Of a DNA stretch of 64,000 bases, positions 34,078-43,343 are shown in pieces. Numbering within the stretch: the stretch's first letter is position 1; every line of letters begins with the position of its first letter. Source of the stretch: Synechococcales cyanobacterium VAR_4_metabat_354 (GTDB lineage Bacteria; Cyanobacteriota; Cyanobacteriia; Cyanobacteriales; Chamaesiphonaceae); assembly GCA_031414775.1 (NCBI GenBank), contig JANOQI010000016.1:32001-96000 (forward strand), in the 5' to 3' direction. The position numbers were made by a program, and so were the translations under genes. The notes beneath the pieces are model-generated. The model made no database searches and was not told the origin of the DNA. It saw only the letters and a program-made list of their open reading frames with translations.

Positions 34078-35823
34078 CTAAAAACCCAAGTCAGCCAAAG
34101 CGAGTGGAGCCGCCGTCGCAATCTCCGCATCGGTTTTAGCCGTCCAGTCTTGACAGCCAATCTCTTCATAAAATTTCTGGTCATAGGAGCGCGTTTTCAC
34201 CACTACCGGCATCGGCACCGCGTGCCCCAGAATCAGAGCCTGTTGTTTGGAATCCATTTTGGCCAAAACTGCTCGTAAGCCCTGCGCTCCAGAGACGCCG
34301 GTAAAAATGGCATCAATGTCTTTTTCATCATTGATCAAAGCGGTAATCCGAGTACCAATCTGGGACATTACTTCTTTATCGATGCCAGAAGGACGCTGGT
34401 CAATCACCAATAATGTCACAAAGTACTTACGCATTTCGCGGGCGATCGTCCCAAAAATCGTACTTTTCACAATGGCCGGATCAAGAAAGCGGTGGGCTTC
34501 TTCGATCGTAATCATCAATTGCTGCGGTTTATCGATCGGACTCTTGGTTTGCAGATATTTCTCGGCTTTTTCGACATAGCGCTTATGAATACGGCGGGTG
34601 ATCATATTGGTCACTAGCATGTAAGACAACATGTCATTTTGATTGCCAAATTCGATCACTACATTTTTACCGGCATCAATGCTTTGCAACATTTGATCGA
34701 TGTAGTTCTGGCGAATAGCTGGTCGCAAATATTTGAGCCGCTCCATCCGCAATAATTTCCGTTGGAGAGCCATGATCGAACCCATGTGCCCTCTCTTCTC
34801 CTCGCAGAAATTCTTGATGTCCTCATTAGTCATCTCAATCAGTTCTTGGATCCAACCATTCTGAAACTCGCCATATAAAATATTGGCACTATCCAAGCTA
34901 GCCTCCGAAATATCTAGCTCTCGACTCACTAACTGAATATCTTCTACTTCAATCTGGCTGTAGCTGAGGTATAGTTCCTGAGCATCTCGAATGCCCCGAC
35001 GGCGGCTCGATTCAGGATCGAGGGTATAGACAATCACCTCGTTCGGAAAAAGCTGGCGCAAACCTTTGACAGTACGGATGTTTTTACCTTCGGCGACAGC
35101 TTCCCAGCCGTACTCGGAGTGCATATCAAAAATCAAGTTAACAGCGGCTTTTTTCCGAATCACACCGGCTAGCAGCAGCCGGGTTAGAAAAGATTTACCA
35201 GTACCAGACTTACCAAATACACCGTTACTCCGTTCCACAAAACGATGTAGATCCAAGCAAACGGGCACATCCATATCTAGAGGTTGTCCGATCGCAAAGT
35301 TACAGCGGGTAGGATCATCTTCCCAACCAAAAACCGATCGAAAGTCCTGTTCGCTGGCATCAAAAACTTCGCTGAAGTGGCTAGGAATGGTTTTAACTGG
35401 CAGCAAATCGAGTTCTACGCCAGTCTGGGCTTGATAAGAAGCTAGCACCGCCTTGGCTTCAGTATCTTCTAATATTTCAGCTGCTCCTTTTTTACCATTG
35501 CCATTAAACTCATTTAGGTTCTTGGTTGCGGATGGCCTGCCCAGCATCAGCATCGGCGCGAGGTTGACGGTGCCGAAAGTGGTACTACCCGATAAAACAT
35601 CTAGTAAAAAATCATCGTTGGGATCGGGAGGATGAACAAGGATTCGATCGCTAGTTGTGCCTAATGTTACGTCGGTGAGCAAACAAAAGAAATCGTATTT
35701 GTGGCCATGCACCACCAGAAACTTACCGACCCGCATATCTTCTACGGAAATGCCAGGATAAAGTTTTACATCCAAGCCACTAGTGAGGGAGCCTTGAATG
35801 ACGGTACCGAGTGGTTTGTACAT
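34078..35823 (-). CDS. HerA-like ATPase (HAS barrel, DUF87)
   Basis: GVFGKSGTGKS Walker A, FDMHSEYG, IEEAHRFL, IAREMRKY, DQRPS. Confidence 0.88.
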   Translation of the reverse strand: MYKPLGTVIQGSLTSGLDVKLYPGISVEDMRVGKFLVVHGHKYDFFCLLTDVTLGTTSDRILVHPPDPNDDFLLDVLSGSTTFGTVNLAPMLMLGRPSATKNLNEFNGNGKKGAAEILEDTEAKAVLASYQAQTGVELDLLPVKTIPSHFSEVFDASEQDFRSVFGWEDDPTRCNFAIGQPLDMDVPVCLDLHRFVERSNGVFGKSGTGKSFLTRLLLAGVIRKKAAVNLIFDMHSEYGWEAVAEGKNIRTVKGLRQLFPNEVIVYTLDPESSRRRGIRDAQELYLSYSQIEVEDIQLVSRELDISEASLDSANILYGEFQNGWIQELIEMTNEDIKNFCEEKRGHMGSIMALQRKLLRMERLKYLRPAIRQNYIDQMLQSIDAGKNVVIEFGNQNDMLSYMLVTNMITRRIHKRYVEKAEKYLQTKSPIDKPQQLMITIEEAHRFLDPAIVKSTIFGTIAREMRKYFVTLLVIDQRPSGIDKEVMSQIGTRITALINDEKDIDAIFTGVSGAQGLRAVLAKMDSKQQALILGHAVPMPVVVKTRSYDQKFYEEIGCQDWTAKTDAEIATAAPLALADLGF

Positions 35824-35979
35824 AAGCGAAAATCTTGGTAGCAGCTTCCCGAATCTTCTCTGGCAAGGGATTAGGAGCGTGACTCACCAGATGTGGGGTT
35901 GAAGAGATTCTAACACTCTACTGGTAGCAATATTCCACTTTATCTATGACTGAAAGACTGAAAGGCTGGCTTAGACGCT

Positions 35980-36747
35980 TTACGTTTCTAATGTGTTGGG
36001 ATCTACACCTAACTCTCTGAGCTTTTGAGTTAGTAGTTGATTGGAAAGCCGCTCTTCGGCGAGGGCTGTTTCTGCTTGCTCTGCCCGTTGTTGTTCTTGC
36101 TCTACTCGCTCGCTACCCCATAGTAATAAATTGCCTGACGGATGCCACCAGCGCAGCCAAGCAAAAGTCATTTCTGCTTTTTTACCCTGCCATACTCCTA
36201 AAAATAAGCCAATCTCTTCGATCCAGTAACGATGATGCTCATCCGGTAACTGTTGCTCGTATTTATTGCTAGTTAATCGATAGATATCTAATTCGCCTGT
36301 TTTGGGATGAAAGATTGCGTACACAGGTACTTGGAGGATTTGTTCGTAGAAGTACCATTTGCCGTAGGGAAAGTGGGGATTAATGGAGTATTCACCGCCT
36401 TCGGTTTCGGAGATAAATTCCATGACGATCGCGGGGGTGTCGCCTTCGATATGAGGAGTATAGCTGCGCCGAATTGCGCCGTTGGGAATGGGTTGGATCG
36501 ATCGAACGTATGTCCAGTCGGGGGCTTTTACGACGGTTTTATCACCGACGGTGGCGCACAGGCCAAAGTTGGAAGCAATGAGGCTGGATTCTGGGATTAA
36601 TCCGGCTAATTCTAGGCATTCGCGGAGAGCTGCTGCCAGTAGAGGCTGAAGATTGCTTTCCACGGGTTCTTCGGGTAGGGTGAAGTCAGCTGGGAGTTTT
36701 TCCCAAGTGACTGGAACTGATAGGTTGTGGAGCTGGATAGCTGTCAT
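35980..36747 (-). CDS. Uma2 family endonuclease-like protein
   Basis: KAPDW, VMEFISETEGGEY, WLRWW..GNLL, EQEQQRAEQAE, LRELGVDP. Confidence 0.88.
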   Translation of the reverse strand: MTAIQLHNLSVPVTWEKLPADFTLPEEPVESNLQPLLAAALRECLELAGLIPESSLIASNFGLCATVGDKTVVKAPDWTYVRSIQPIPNGAIRRSYTPHIEGDTPAIVMEFISETEGGEYSINPHFPYGKWYFYEQILQVPVYAIFHPKTGELDIYRLTSNKYEQQLPDEHHRYWIEEIGLFLGVWQGKKAEMTFAWLRWWHPSGNLLLWGSERVEQEQQRAEQAETALAEERLSNQLLTQKLRELGVDPNTLET

Positions 36748-36838
36748 AAGCTGCCCTCAATAATATAAAAACTTGGAACTATGAACATTAATAACTCTCA
36801 CAGTTTCTACAAATCAACAGTCCGTAATGTTGTTAAGA

Positions 36839-37639
36839 CTATTTCTTGTGAAACATTTTACTCATCACACTTAAAAAGCTACTAGAGTTGGTTTCTTTAT
36901 TGTTTCTTAAAAAAGAATGACCACCAAACCTTTTCTTATCTAAAATCAAAATTTTCTGTTCGAATGGTAGTATCCAGTTTTCAGGATACAGATAGGATGG
37001 CGAGATTATTTTTGGATTTCTCCCCATCATATAACTATTAATGTGAGACTCATCATGCCAGACTGCTATAATACCATTGTCCAAGTCTATATCAATATTA
37101 GATTCTAATGTTTGAATTAGTTTAGTGAACTTTTCTTGTAGCCCTCCATTTAATCCTCCGGCAAAGTAATAATCACTTTTTGGCTTATCAATATAAGCCT
37201 TTGATATTTTTTGTCTTCTTTCCAATGGAAAGGCACTAGACTTTTTATTATGATAGCCAGGATGTATGGTAACAAATGTTCCATCATCATCTATTCCATT
37301 TGGCAATATTTCATCCGCATATATACATTTAGTCACAATAAGATTAGCATTGAAAAATATCAAATGTGAACATTCTTTCCATAGCTCTTTTGCCTTTAAG
37401 AAAATCTTGAATCTCAACAATGTATTTTTTGGCCAACCTAAATCCACTTGTTTAATGACAAAAATATTTTTTTCACATTTTATTTGATCAGAATCAGTAA
37501 ATACAAAATATATTTTTTCAACTCCAGGTAGAAAATTATTTTCAACACTTTGCCGAAAGTCATTCCAGAAAATTGAATATTTGCCAATGCAAATATACAG
37601 AATTCCAACTTTCATCACTTTATTTTCACAATTACTCAT
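36839..37639 (-). CDS. Glycosyltransferase family 6 (ABO-like alpha-1,3-Gal/GalNAc transferase)
   Basis: ILYICIGKY, YFVFTD, WP.NTLLRF, FFNAN, HPG, YFAGGLNGG, AVWHDESHIN, YLYPE; alternative start 37615. Confidence 0.88.
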   Translation of the reverse strand: MSNCENKVMKVGILYICIGKYSIFWNDFRQSVENNFLPGVEKIYFVFTDSDQIKCEKNIFVIKQVDLGWPKNTLLRFKIFLKAKELWKECSHLIFFNANLIVTKCIYADEILPNGIDDDGTFVTIHPGYHNKKSSAFPLERRQKISKAYIDKPKSDYYFAGGLNGGLQEKFTKLIQTLESNIDIDLDNGIIAVWHDESHINSYMMGRNPKIISPSYLYPENWILPFEQKILILDKKRFGGHSFLRNNKETNSSSFLSVMSKMFHKK

Positions 37640-37694
37640 AATTTGTAATTCTCACATAGGCTTAAGTAACCGCGTAATCACATCAATATATTTA

Positions 37695-38471
37695 TCATAT
37701 TTTCAACATAAATGAAGTATAAAGATCACTAGTATTAAGATGTTGCAAAGAATAGCCAAACCAGTTTACGGGAGCGATAACACGTTTACTAATGTTTTGA
37801 TTTAACCAACTTCCCCACCAACTAAAAGAACTATTCGCAATAATTTGATGTTGACATATACTCATCAAATACAAGTCAACATCTTCACTATTATTTTCAC
37901 TAAATGCAAATCTATCCTCATTAAACATGTTTTTACACCAGTTAATATCATCAGAGAATACTAAAAATTGAGTATTTCTATCAAATAGGGCAATCGCTGC
38001 TTTATAGTAATTGATCGAACAAATGGGATGATTATTAGGAAACTTATGGTAATCACCTCTGCGAACATGAATAGCACAGCTAGGATGGTCAAGAATAAAT
38101 CCATATTCTAATTTTAATTTATCTATTATTTGGGGTGATGGAGCAAACAAATCAAGAAGCTTTTGTCGATATTTAATAAAATATTTTTCTGATTGAAAAT
38201 AACCAATCAACTTCATATTTTTTCGATAATGAATCTGTTGATAATGATGTCCCTGTTCTCTAAAAACATATTTACTCAGCCAGATCTTACGATCAATTAA
38301 ATTTCGGTAAATAGTTTTTTGATAGTGGCTAGCTCCATTACCTTGCAATACATTTTTATGACCCTTAATATTGAACACCGCAATATCTTCGTTCTCCCAA
38401 GCTAAAGCAAGAGTAGTGGCTATTTGAAATAGCTGATTTCCCAATCCGCCCATTAAATCACAAGTAATCAT
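37695..38471 (-). CDS. Alpha-1,2-fucosyltransferase (GT11)
   Basis: GGLGNQLFQ, GYFQSEKYF, HVRRGDY, FSDDINWC, IIANSSFSWWG. Confidence 0.92.
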   Translation of the reverse strand: MITCDLMGGLGNQLFQIATTLALAWENEDIAVFNIKGHKNVLQGNGASHYQKTIYRNLIDRKIWLSKYVFREQGHHYQQIHYRKNMKLIGYFQSEKYFIKYRQKLLDLFAPSPQIIDKLKLEYGFILDHPSCAIHVRRGDYHKFPNNHPICSINYYKAAIALFDRNTQFLVFSDDINWCKNMFNEDRFAFSENNSEDVDLYLMSICQHQIIANSSFSWWGSWLNQNISKRVIAPVNWFGYSLQHLNTSDLYTSFMLKI

Positions 38472-38481
38472 ATAGAATATT

Positions 38482-39333
38482 TTAGTTTAACCAGTTAAAT
38501 GTTTTGACGTATTGTTCAATCTGTTTTCGATTCATTCTTTTGACTTTTTGTAATTCCTGTTGATTATTTTTAGCAAAGATATTTTTAACTGAGCTATTCT
38601 CACCTCGAGAGTGATAGAGATGAATAAATATTCCTTCGACACGGCCAATCTTGTATCCTAACTTATAAAATCTTTCGATTAATTCATTATCTTCCCAACC
38701 ATATGACTTAAAGTATTCATTCATCATCCCGCCTTCTAAAAATACTTTTTTTTGAAAGAAAATAGCACCACCAATAGAGTTTCCCTGATTTGGTTGAAAT
38801 GAAGATTTAGGAAGCATTTTTAAATCGTATTCTCTATCCACAAGTTGCTGATGTAGAGACTGCGAAAGATCTACAAATATCCCATTGTAAGGATATATGA
38901 TATCAAATCTATTTTCAGATAAAGCTCGATAGCTCGAAACTATTTGATTTACTGGAACTAAAGCATCAGTGTCCCAAATGGATATAATTGAAGTCTTAGA
39001 TTGTTTAGCAATCAAGTTGAGAGTCCTTGTTCTATGAGTATAGTTAAGATCTGTAGAGTAATGTATATATTCACATTTATTATTTACATACTTTAAGTGA
39101 GAAATTTTTGATTCCTCACAAACAATTATATTAGTTTTAAAATGATAGTTTAAATAATCAACTGTTAAGTTAAGATTATTCTCTCGATCTTTAGAATCAA
39201 GCCTTACTGGAATAGCAAAGGTAACATCAGTCAAATCAATTCGAGAATTTACAATAGGTTCTTTCAACTGAGATGGAATATGGGAGATGTGATACTTCTT
39301 ATTTGTAAGATACCGACATATAGGATAAAACAT
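38482..39333 (-). CDS. Galactosyltransferase-related protein (GT-A fold, GT7 C-terminal domain)
   Basis: TFAIPVR.DS.DR..NL, WDTD (DxD), GGAIF, GGMMNEYFKSYGWEDNE, HLYH. Confidence 0.8.
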   Translation of the reverse strand: MFYPICRYLTNKKYHISHIPSQLKEPIVNSRIDLTDVTFAIPVRLDSKDRENNLNLTVDYLNYHFKTNIIVCEESKISHLKYVNNKCEYIHYSTDLNYTHRTRTLNLIAKQSKTSIISIWDTDALVPVNQIVSSYRALSENRFDIIYPYNGIFVDLSQSLHQQLVDREYDLKMLPKSSFQPNQGNSIGGAIFFQKKVFLEGGMMNEYFKSYGWEDNELIERFYKLGYKIGRVEGIFIHLYHSRGENSSVKNIFAKNNQQELQKVKRMNRKQIEQYVKTFNWLN

Positions 39334-39460
39334 GATCGCAATAGGAATTAATAGATAACCAAAACCGTTAGCAAGATTTTCGAAATAGATCGAAAATATA
39401 ATTCAGTATAAGTAGAATTGACTTAATATTAGAAGTGATGATTGACTATTCTAATATAGC

Positions 39461-39997
39461 TCAGCTAATCAATACTTCTTCATAAACATCAACCGTATTA
39501 TTTAGCATTCCCGATAAAGCAAATTTCTCTCGATATCTGGAATAACTGCGTTCCCCAAAATCTGCCAGCAATACCGGATCAGAAATTAATCGATCGATCC
39601 CCGCCGCCAAAGCCAACGAATCTTGGGGCGGCACAATAAACCCAGTTTGACCATCAGTCACCTGCTCCGGCATCCCGCCCACATTAGTAGCCACAATCGC
39701 CTTCCCCATCGACATAGCCTCCGCACTAGCCAGCGGCAAAGCCTCTTGCAGAGAAGGCAACACAAAAATGTCGAAACAATACATTAAGTTCTGGACATCC
39801 TGAAGGTATCCGGCAAAAATCACATGCTTACTAATTCCTAGATCAGCAGCAATTTGCGGCAAACTGTCCCGCAGTTCTCCATCCCCAGCAATCACCAACT
39901 TAATGTAGGGATGTCGATCGATCGACAAAATTTGCTCTAACTGGGTCTCGGCATCTTGACTATTGAGGAAAGTCAATAACGGCAATGTATCTTTCAT
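39461..39997 (-). pseudogene. GT4 glycosyltransferase, C-terminal half only
   Basis: LVIAGDGELR, DIFVLPSLQEALPLASAEAMSMGK, ATNVGGMPE; the GT4 N-terminal domain is missing. Confidence 0.7.
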
Positions 39998-40212
39998 TTA
40001 GCTAGTCAGCGCTTTTCATAAACATCAACTGTACTATTTAGCATTCCCAATAAATCAAATTTTTCTCGGTATTGGGCATCACCGCGTTTGCCAAAATCTG
40101 CCAACAAAACTGGGTCAGAAATCAATCGATCGATCCCCGCCGCCAAAGCTAACGAATCTTGGGGCGGCGCGATAAACTCAGTTTGGCCATCAGTCACTTG
40201 CTCTGGCACCCC
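39479..40212. repeat. 198-bp imperfect direct repeat (39479-39676 and 40015-40212)
   Basis: Both copies encode PEQVTDGQT.FI.PPQDSLALAAGIDRLISDPVLLADFG.R....YREKF.L.GMLN.TVDVYE and align without gaps. Confidence 0.9.
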
Positions 40213-40407
40213 CTGCCATAAATTTTGCTCTAGACGGGGAAATTCTTGATAGCCAAATCCGGCTTGCCGGAAAGGAGCAGATCCCAGACCATCAGGAGCT
40301 AACAGCGAAACATGATAATGCTGTTGCAGGTTATCCATTAAGCTGAAGGCATGTTTCTCGGTACCGCCAAGCTCCAGATAGGGCAAAACATACAAAATGT
40401 GTTTCAT
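40006..40407 (-). pseudogene. GT4 glycosyltransferase with a large in-frame internal deletion
   Basis: N-terminal ILYVLPYLELGGTEKH joined directly to the C-terminal GVPEQVTDGQT; only 133 aa. Confidence 0.7.
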
Positions 40408-40495
40408 GAGAGCACATCATACCAATAACGAGAGCCAAGAGAAATTCTAGCAATTGGCATCCGTTAAGATGGAGCTAAACTTTCTCCAAAGATCC

Positions 40496-41368
40496 ATGCT
40501 ATCTACTTCACCGACTACTTACCAATGGACATGGCAAAACCAACAGATTTCAGTAGCTTACTCGATAGGCGGTCAGGGCAAACCAGTGCTACTGCTGCCC
40601 GCTTTTAGTACAGTCTCTAGCCGTGGCGAAGTCGCTGAAATCGCCAGCATTTTAGCCCCAGAATTTCGGGTCACGACAGTAGATTTCCCTGGCTTTGGGG
40701 ACTCCGATCGACCACCTCTACAATACAACCCAGAACTCTACCAGCAATTTCTCACCGACTTCATTCGGGACATAGTGCCCCGGCCGCTGACAGTAGTAGC
40801 CACTGGCCACACCGCTGGCTACCTGATGAAATTAGCCCAGCAGCAGCCCGATCTTTTGGAGCAAATTGTTTTGGTGGCACCAACCTGGCGCGGCCCACTG
40901 CCCACCATGATGAAAGGTCAAAAGCCCTGGTTTAAATTCTTGCGGGAATTAGTTCGATCGCCGATTCTCGGCCAAGCCTTGTATCAGGTCAACACCACTC
41001 CCGGCTTTTTGCAGATGATGTACCAACGGCATGTCTACGCTAATGCTGCCGACATTACGCCAGAACTAATCGCCCACAAACGCCAAATCACCCAACAAGC
41101 GGGAGCCAGATTTGCCCCTGCCGCCTTCGTCACCGGCGGCTTAGATCCAGTCAATGACCGCGCGACCTTTCAGTCTTTCTTTCAGCACCTTTCAGTACCA
41201 ATTTTGCTCGTTATCGGAGCTGACTGTCCGCCCAAATCCAAAGCCGAGATGGAAGCGATCTCTCTGTTACCAGGAGTTACCACGGTCACGTTACCAGGCA
41301 CCTTGGGAATGCATGAAGAATACGCCGCCCAGGTGGCGATCGAGATCCGAAAAGTGCTTCAGCCATGA
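40496..41368 (+). CDS. Alpha/beta fold hydrolase
   Basis: LLLPAFSTVSSR.E, DFPGFGDSDRP, APTWRGPLP, GMHEE. Confidence 0.85.
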   Translation: MLSTSPTTYQWTWQNQQISVAYSIGGQGKPVLLLPAFSTVSSRGEVAEIASILAPEFRVTTVDFPGFGDSDRPPLQYNPELYQQFLTDFIRDIVPRPLTVVATGHTAGYLMKLAQQQPDLLEQIVLVAPTWRGPLPTMMKGQKPWFKFLRELVRSPILGQALYQVNTTPGFLQMMYQRHVYANAADITPELIAHKRQITQQAGARFAPAAFVTGGLDPVNDRATFQSFFQHLSVPILLVIGADCPPKSKAEMEAISLLPGVTTVTLPGTLGMHEEYAAQVAIEIRKVLQP

Positions 41369-42885
41369 ACGAGCCAATTGTCACTATCGCCCAGATGAGA
41401 TCGATCGAACACCGCATTTTTACAGCGGGGATGCCAGTAGCCGCCCTGATGGAAAAAGTCGGCGGTTTAATTAGTCGGCGCTTTCAGCAGCTATTTCCAT
41501 TAACTAGTTATCAGCGAGTAGGTGTAGTATTTGGGGCTGGCCATAATGGTGGCGATGCCTTAGTGGTAGCTAGAGAGCTACATTTGCGCGGCTACCAAGT
41601 GATGCTCTACAGTCCTAGTGATAGCTTCAAGGATTTAACTACTCAGCATTACCAATACGTCACGAGTCTGGGCATCGCTAGAATTAAGCACATCTGTGAG
41701 CTGCAAAATTGCCAGGTGCTGCTGGATGGTATCTTTGGCTTTGGTCTCGATCGATCACTGAGTGCAAACATAGTCGCAGCAATTACCGCAATCAACAAAC
41801 TGCAACTACCGACCGTCAGTATTGACCTCCCATCAGGGATGCAGGCCGATACGGGGGCGGTGCTGGGAGCAGCGATCTGTGCCAGCCACACTTTTTGTCT
41901 GGGTTTGTGGAAAATGGCCTTTGCCCAAGAACCAGCGCTGGCCTACCTCGGCCAGGTCGAGTTACTGGGTTTTGATATCCCCCAGGCCGATATCCAGGCC
42001 GTGTGGGGTCAACAAAATACCCTCCAGATGATGACCAAAGCCACTGCCGATCGCTATCTGCCCCACCAGCGCCCCATCGTGACCCATAAATATCAGCAGG
42101 GGCATTTACTCTTGGTCGTTGGTTCCTGGCAATACGCGGGCGCTGCTATCTTGGCTGGTTTAGGAGCGAGGGCTAGCGGGGTCGGACTGCTCTCGATCGC
42201 TGTTCCTAATTCTCTAAAACTAGCAGTGCTAAACCATTTACCAGATGCCATTGTCATCGGTTGCCCAGAGACAGACCAAGGGGCGATCGCCCAGCTGCCA
42301 GAGCTAAATTGGTCTAAATATACAGCAATTGCTGGCGGCTGTGGTTTAACAACAGAACCAGTAGAAACAGTTAAATTATTACTGACCAGAGATTTACCAT
42401 TACTGTTGGATGCCGACGCTTTAAATATTTTGGCAAAATTACCCATAGATAGCTGGAAGCACCGTTCAGCTCCTACTATCATCACACCACATGGTGGCGA
42501 GTGGCGACAACTGTTTCCTGATTTGACTGATCATGAGCAGATCGATCAAATAACAGCAGTCATATCAAAAGCCGCTCAAAACAAAATAATCATCCTCAGC
42601 AAAGGTGCTAGAACGATTATCTCTGACGGTGAAGAAACTTGGGTTATCAATAATGGCACTCCAGCACTAGCTAGAGGTGGTAGTGGTGATATATTAGCTG
42701 GCCTGATTGGCGGCATAGTTGCCACCAATTATTTAAATACTGAGCCAGGATATCTCCTAAAAACAGTTGCCAGTGCCAACTGGTGGCACGCCCAAGCTGG
42801 CAGTCTTGCTGCTCGAAAACGAGGTGTAGCTGGAGTAGATGCTTTTCATCTACATCAGTATCTAGCCCAAGTGATAGTTGATTAA
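41365..42885 (+). CDS. nnr: Bifunctional NAD(P)H-hydrate epimerase/dehydratase
   Basis: GAGHNGGDA, DGIFGFG, SIDLPSG, DADALN, TPHGGE, LARGGSGDILAG. Confidence 0.9.
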   Translation: MNEPIVTIAQMRSIEHRIFTAGMPVAALMEKVGGLISRRFQQLFPLTSYQRVGVVFGAGHNGGDALVVARELHLRGYQVMLYSPSDSFKDLTTQHYQYVTSLGIARIKHICELQNCQVLLDGIFGFGLDRSLSANIVAAITAINKLQLPTVSIDLPSGMQADTGAVLGAAICASHTFCLGLWKMAFAQEPALAYLGQVELLGFDIPQADIQAVWGQQNTLQMMTKATADRYLPHQRPIVTHKYQQGHLLLVVGSWQYAGAAILAGLGARASGVGLLSIAVPNSLKLAVLNHLPDAIVIGCPETDQGAIAQLPELNWSKYTAIAGGCGLTTEPVETVKLLLTRDLPLLLDADALNILAKLPIDSWKHRSAPTIITPHGGEWRQLFPDLTDHEQIDQITAVISKAAQNKIIILSKGARTIISDGEETWVINNGTPALARGGSGDILAGLIGGIVATNYLNTEPGYLLKTVASANWWHAQAGSLAARKRGVAGVDAFHLHQYLAQVIVD

Positions 42886-43166
42886 TTATCAGTGCGACCG
42901 GTTAATATTCCCCAAAGGAAAACTGCCACGATTGCACCAAGTACAGCAACGAACATACTACCAATATCAAAACTTTTACTAGCAACAAGATTTAACTTAC
43001 CATTGCTAATGAAGTTATGGGCAATACCACCAATAAAAGCACCAACAATACCAAGCATCGCTGTTGCAAAGAAACCACCACCCTGACGACCAGGTACGAT
43101 TAATTTAGCAATTGCACCAGCAATTACCCCAAATATTATCCAAGCAATAATAGTAATAGGATTCAT
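42882..43166 (-). CDS. GlsB/YeaQ/YmgE family stress-response membrane protein
   Basis: IIAWIIFGVIAGAIAKLIVPG, LGIVGAFIGG, VAVLGAIV. Confidence 0.9.
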   Translation of the reverse strand: MNPITIIAWIIFGVIAGAIAKLIVPGRQGGGFFATAMLGIVGAFIGGIAHNFISNGKLNLVASKSFDIGSMFVAVLGAIVAVFLWGILTGRTDN

Positions 43167-43202
43167 GTTTACAACTCTACATATTTATAAATTAGAATGC
43201 AG

Positions 43203-43228
43203 TTTTACCATAGCAAACTATGGTAAAA
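43203..43228. promoter_or_regulatory. Perfect 11-bp inverted repeat in a divergent promoter region
   Basis: TTTTACCATAG-CAAA-CTATGGTAAAA. Confidence 0.4.
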
Positions 43229-43343
43229 AATGTGTATTTTATGTAAACAATTATCACGAAATTTGTTAACAATTGCGAGATATTGCTTATCTGGCAAGAC
43301 TTTTGGCTAACTACAAAATTTTTATAAACTAAAGATTATTATC

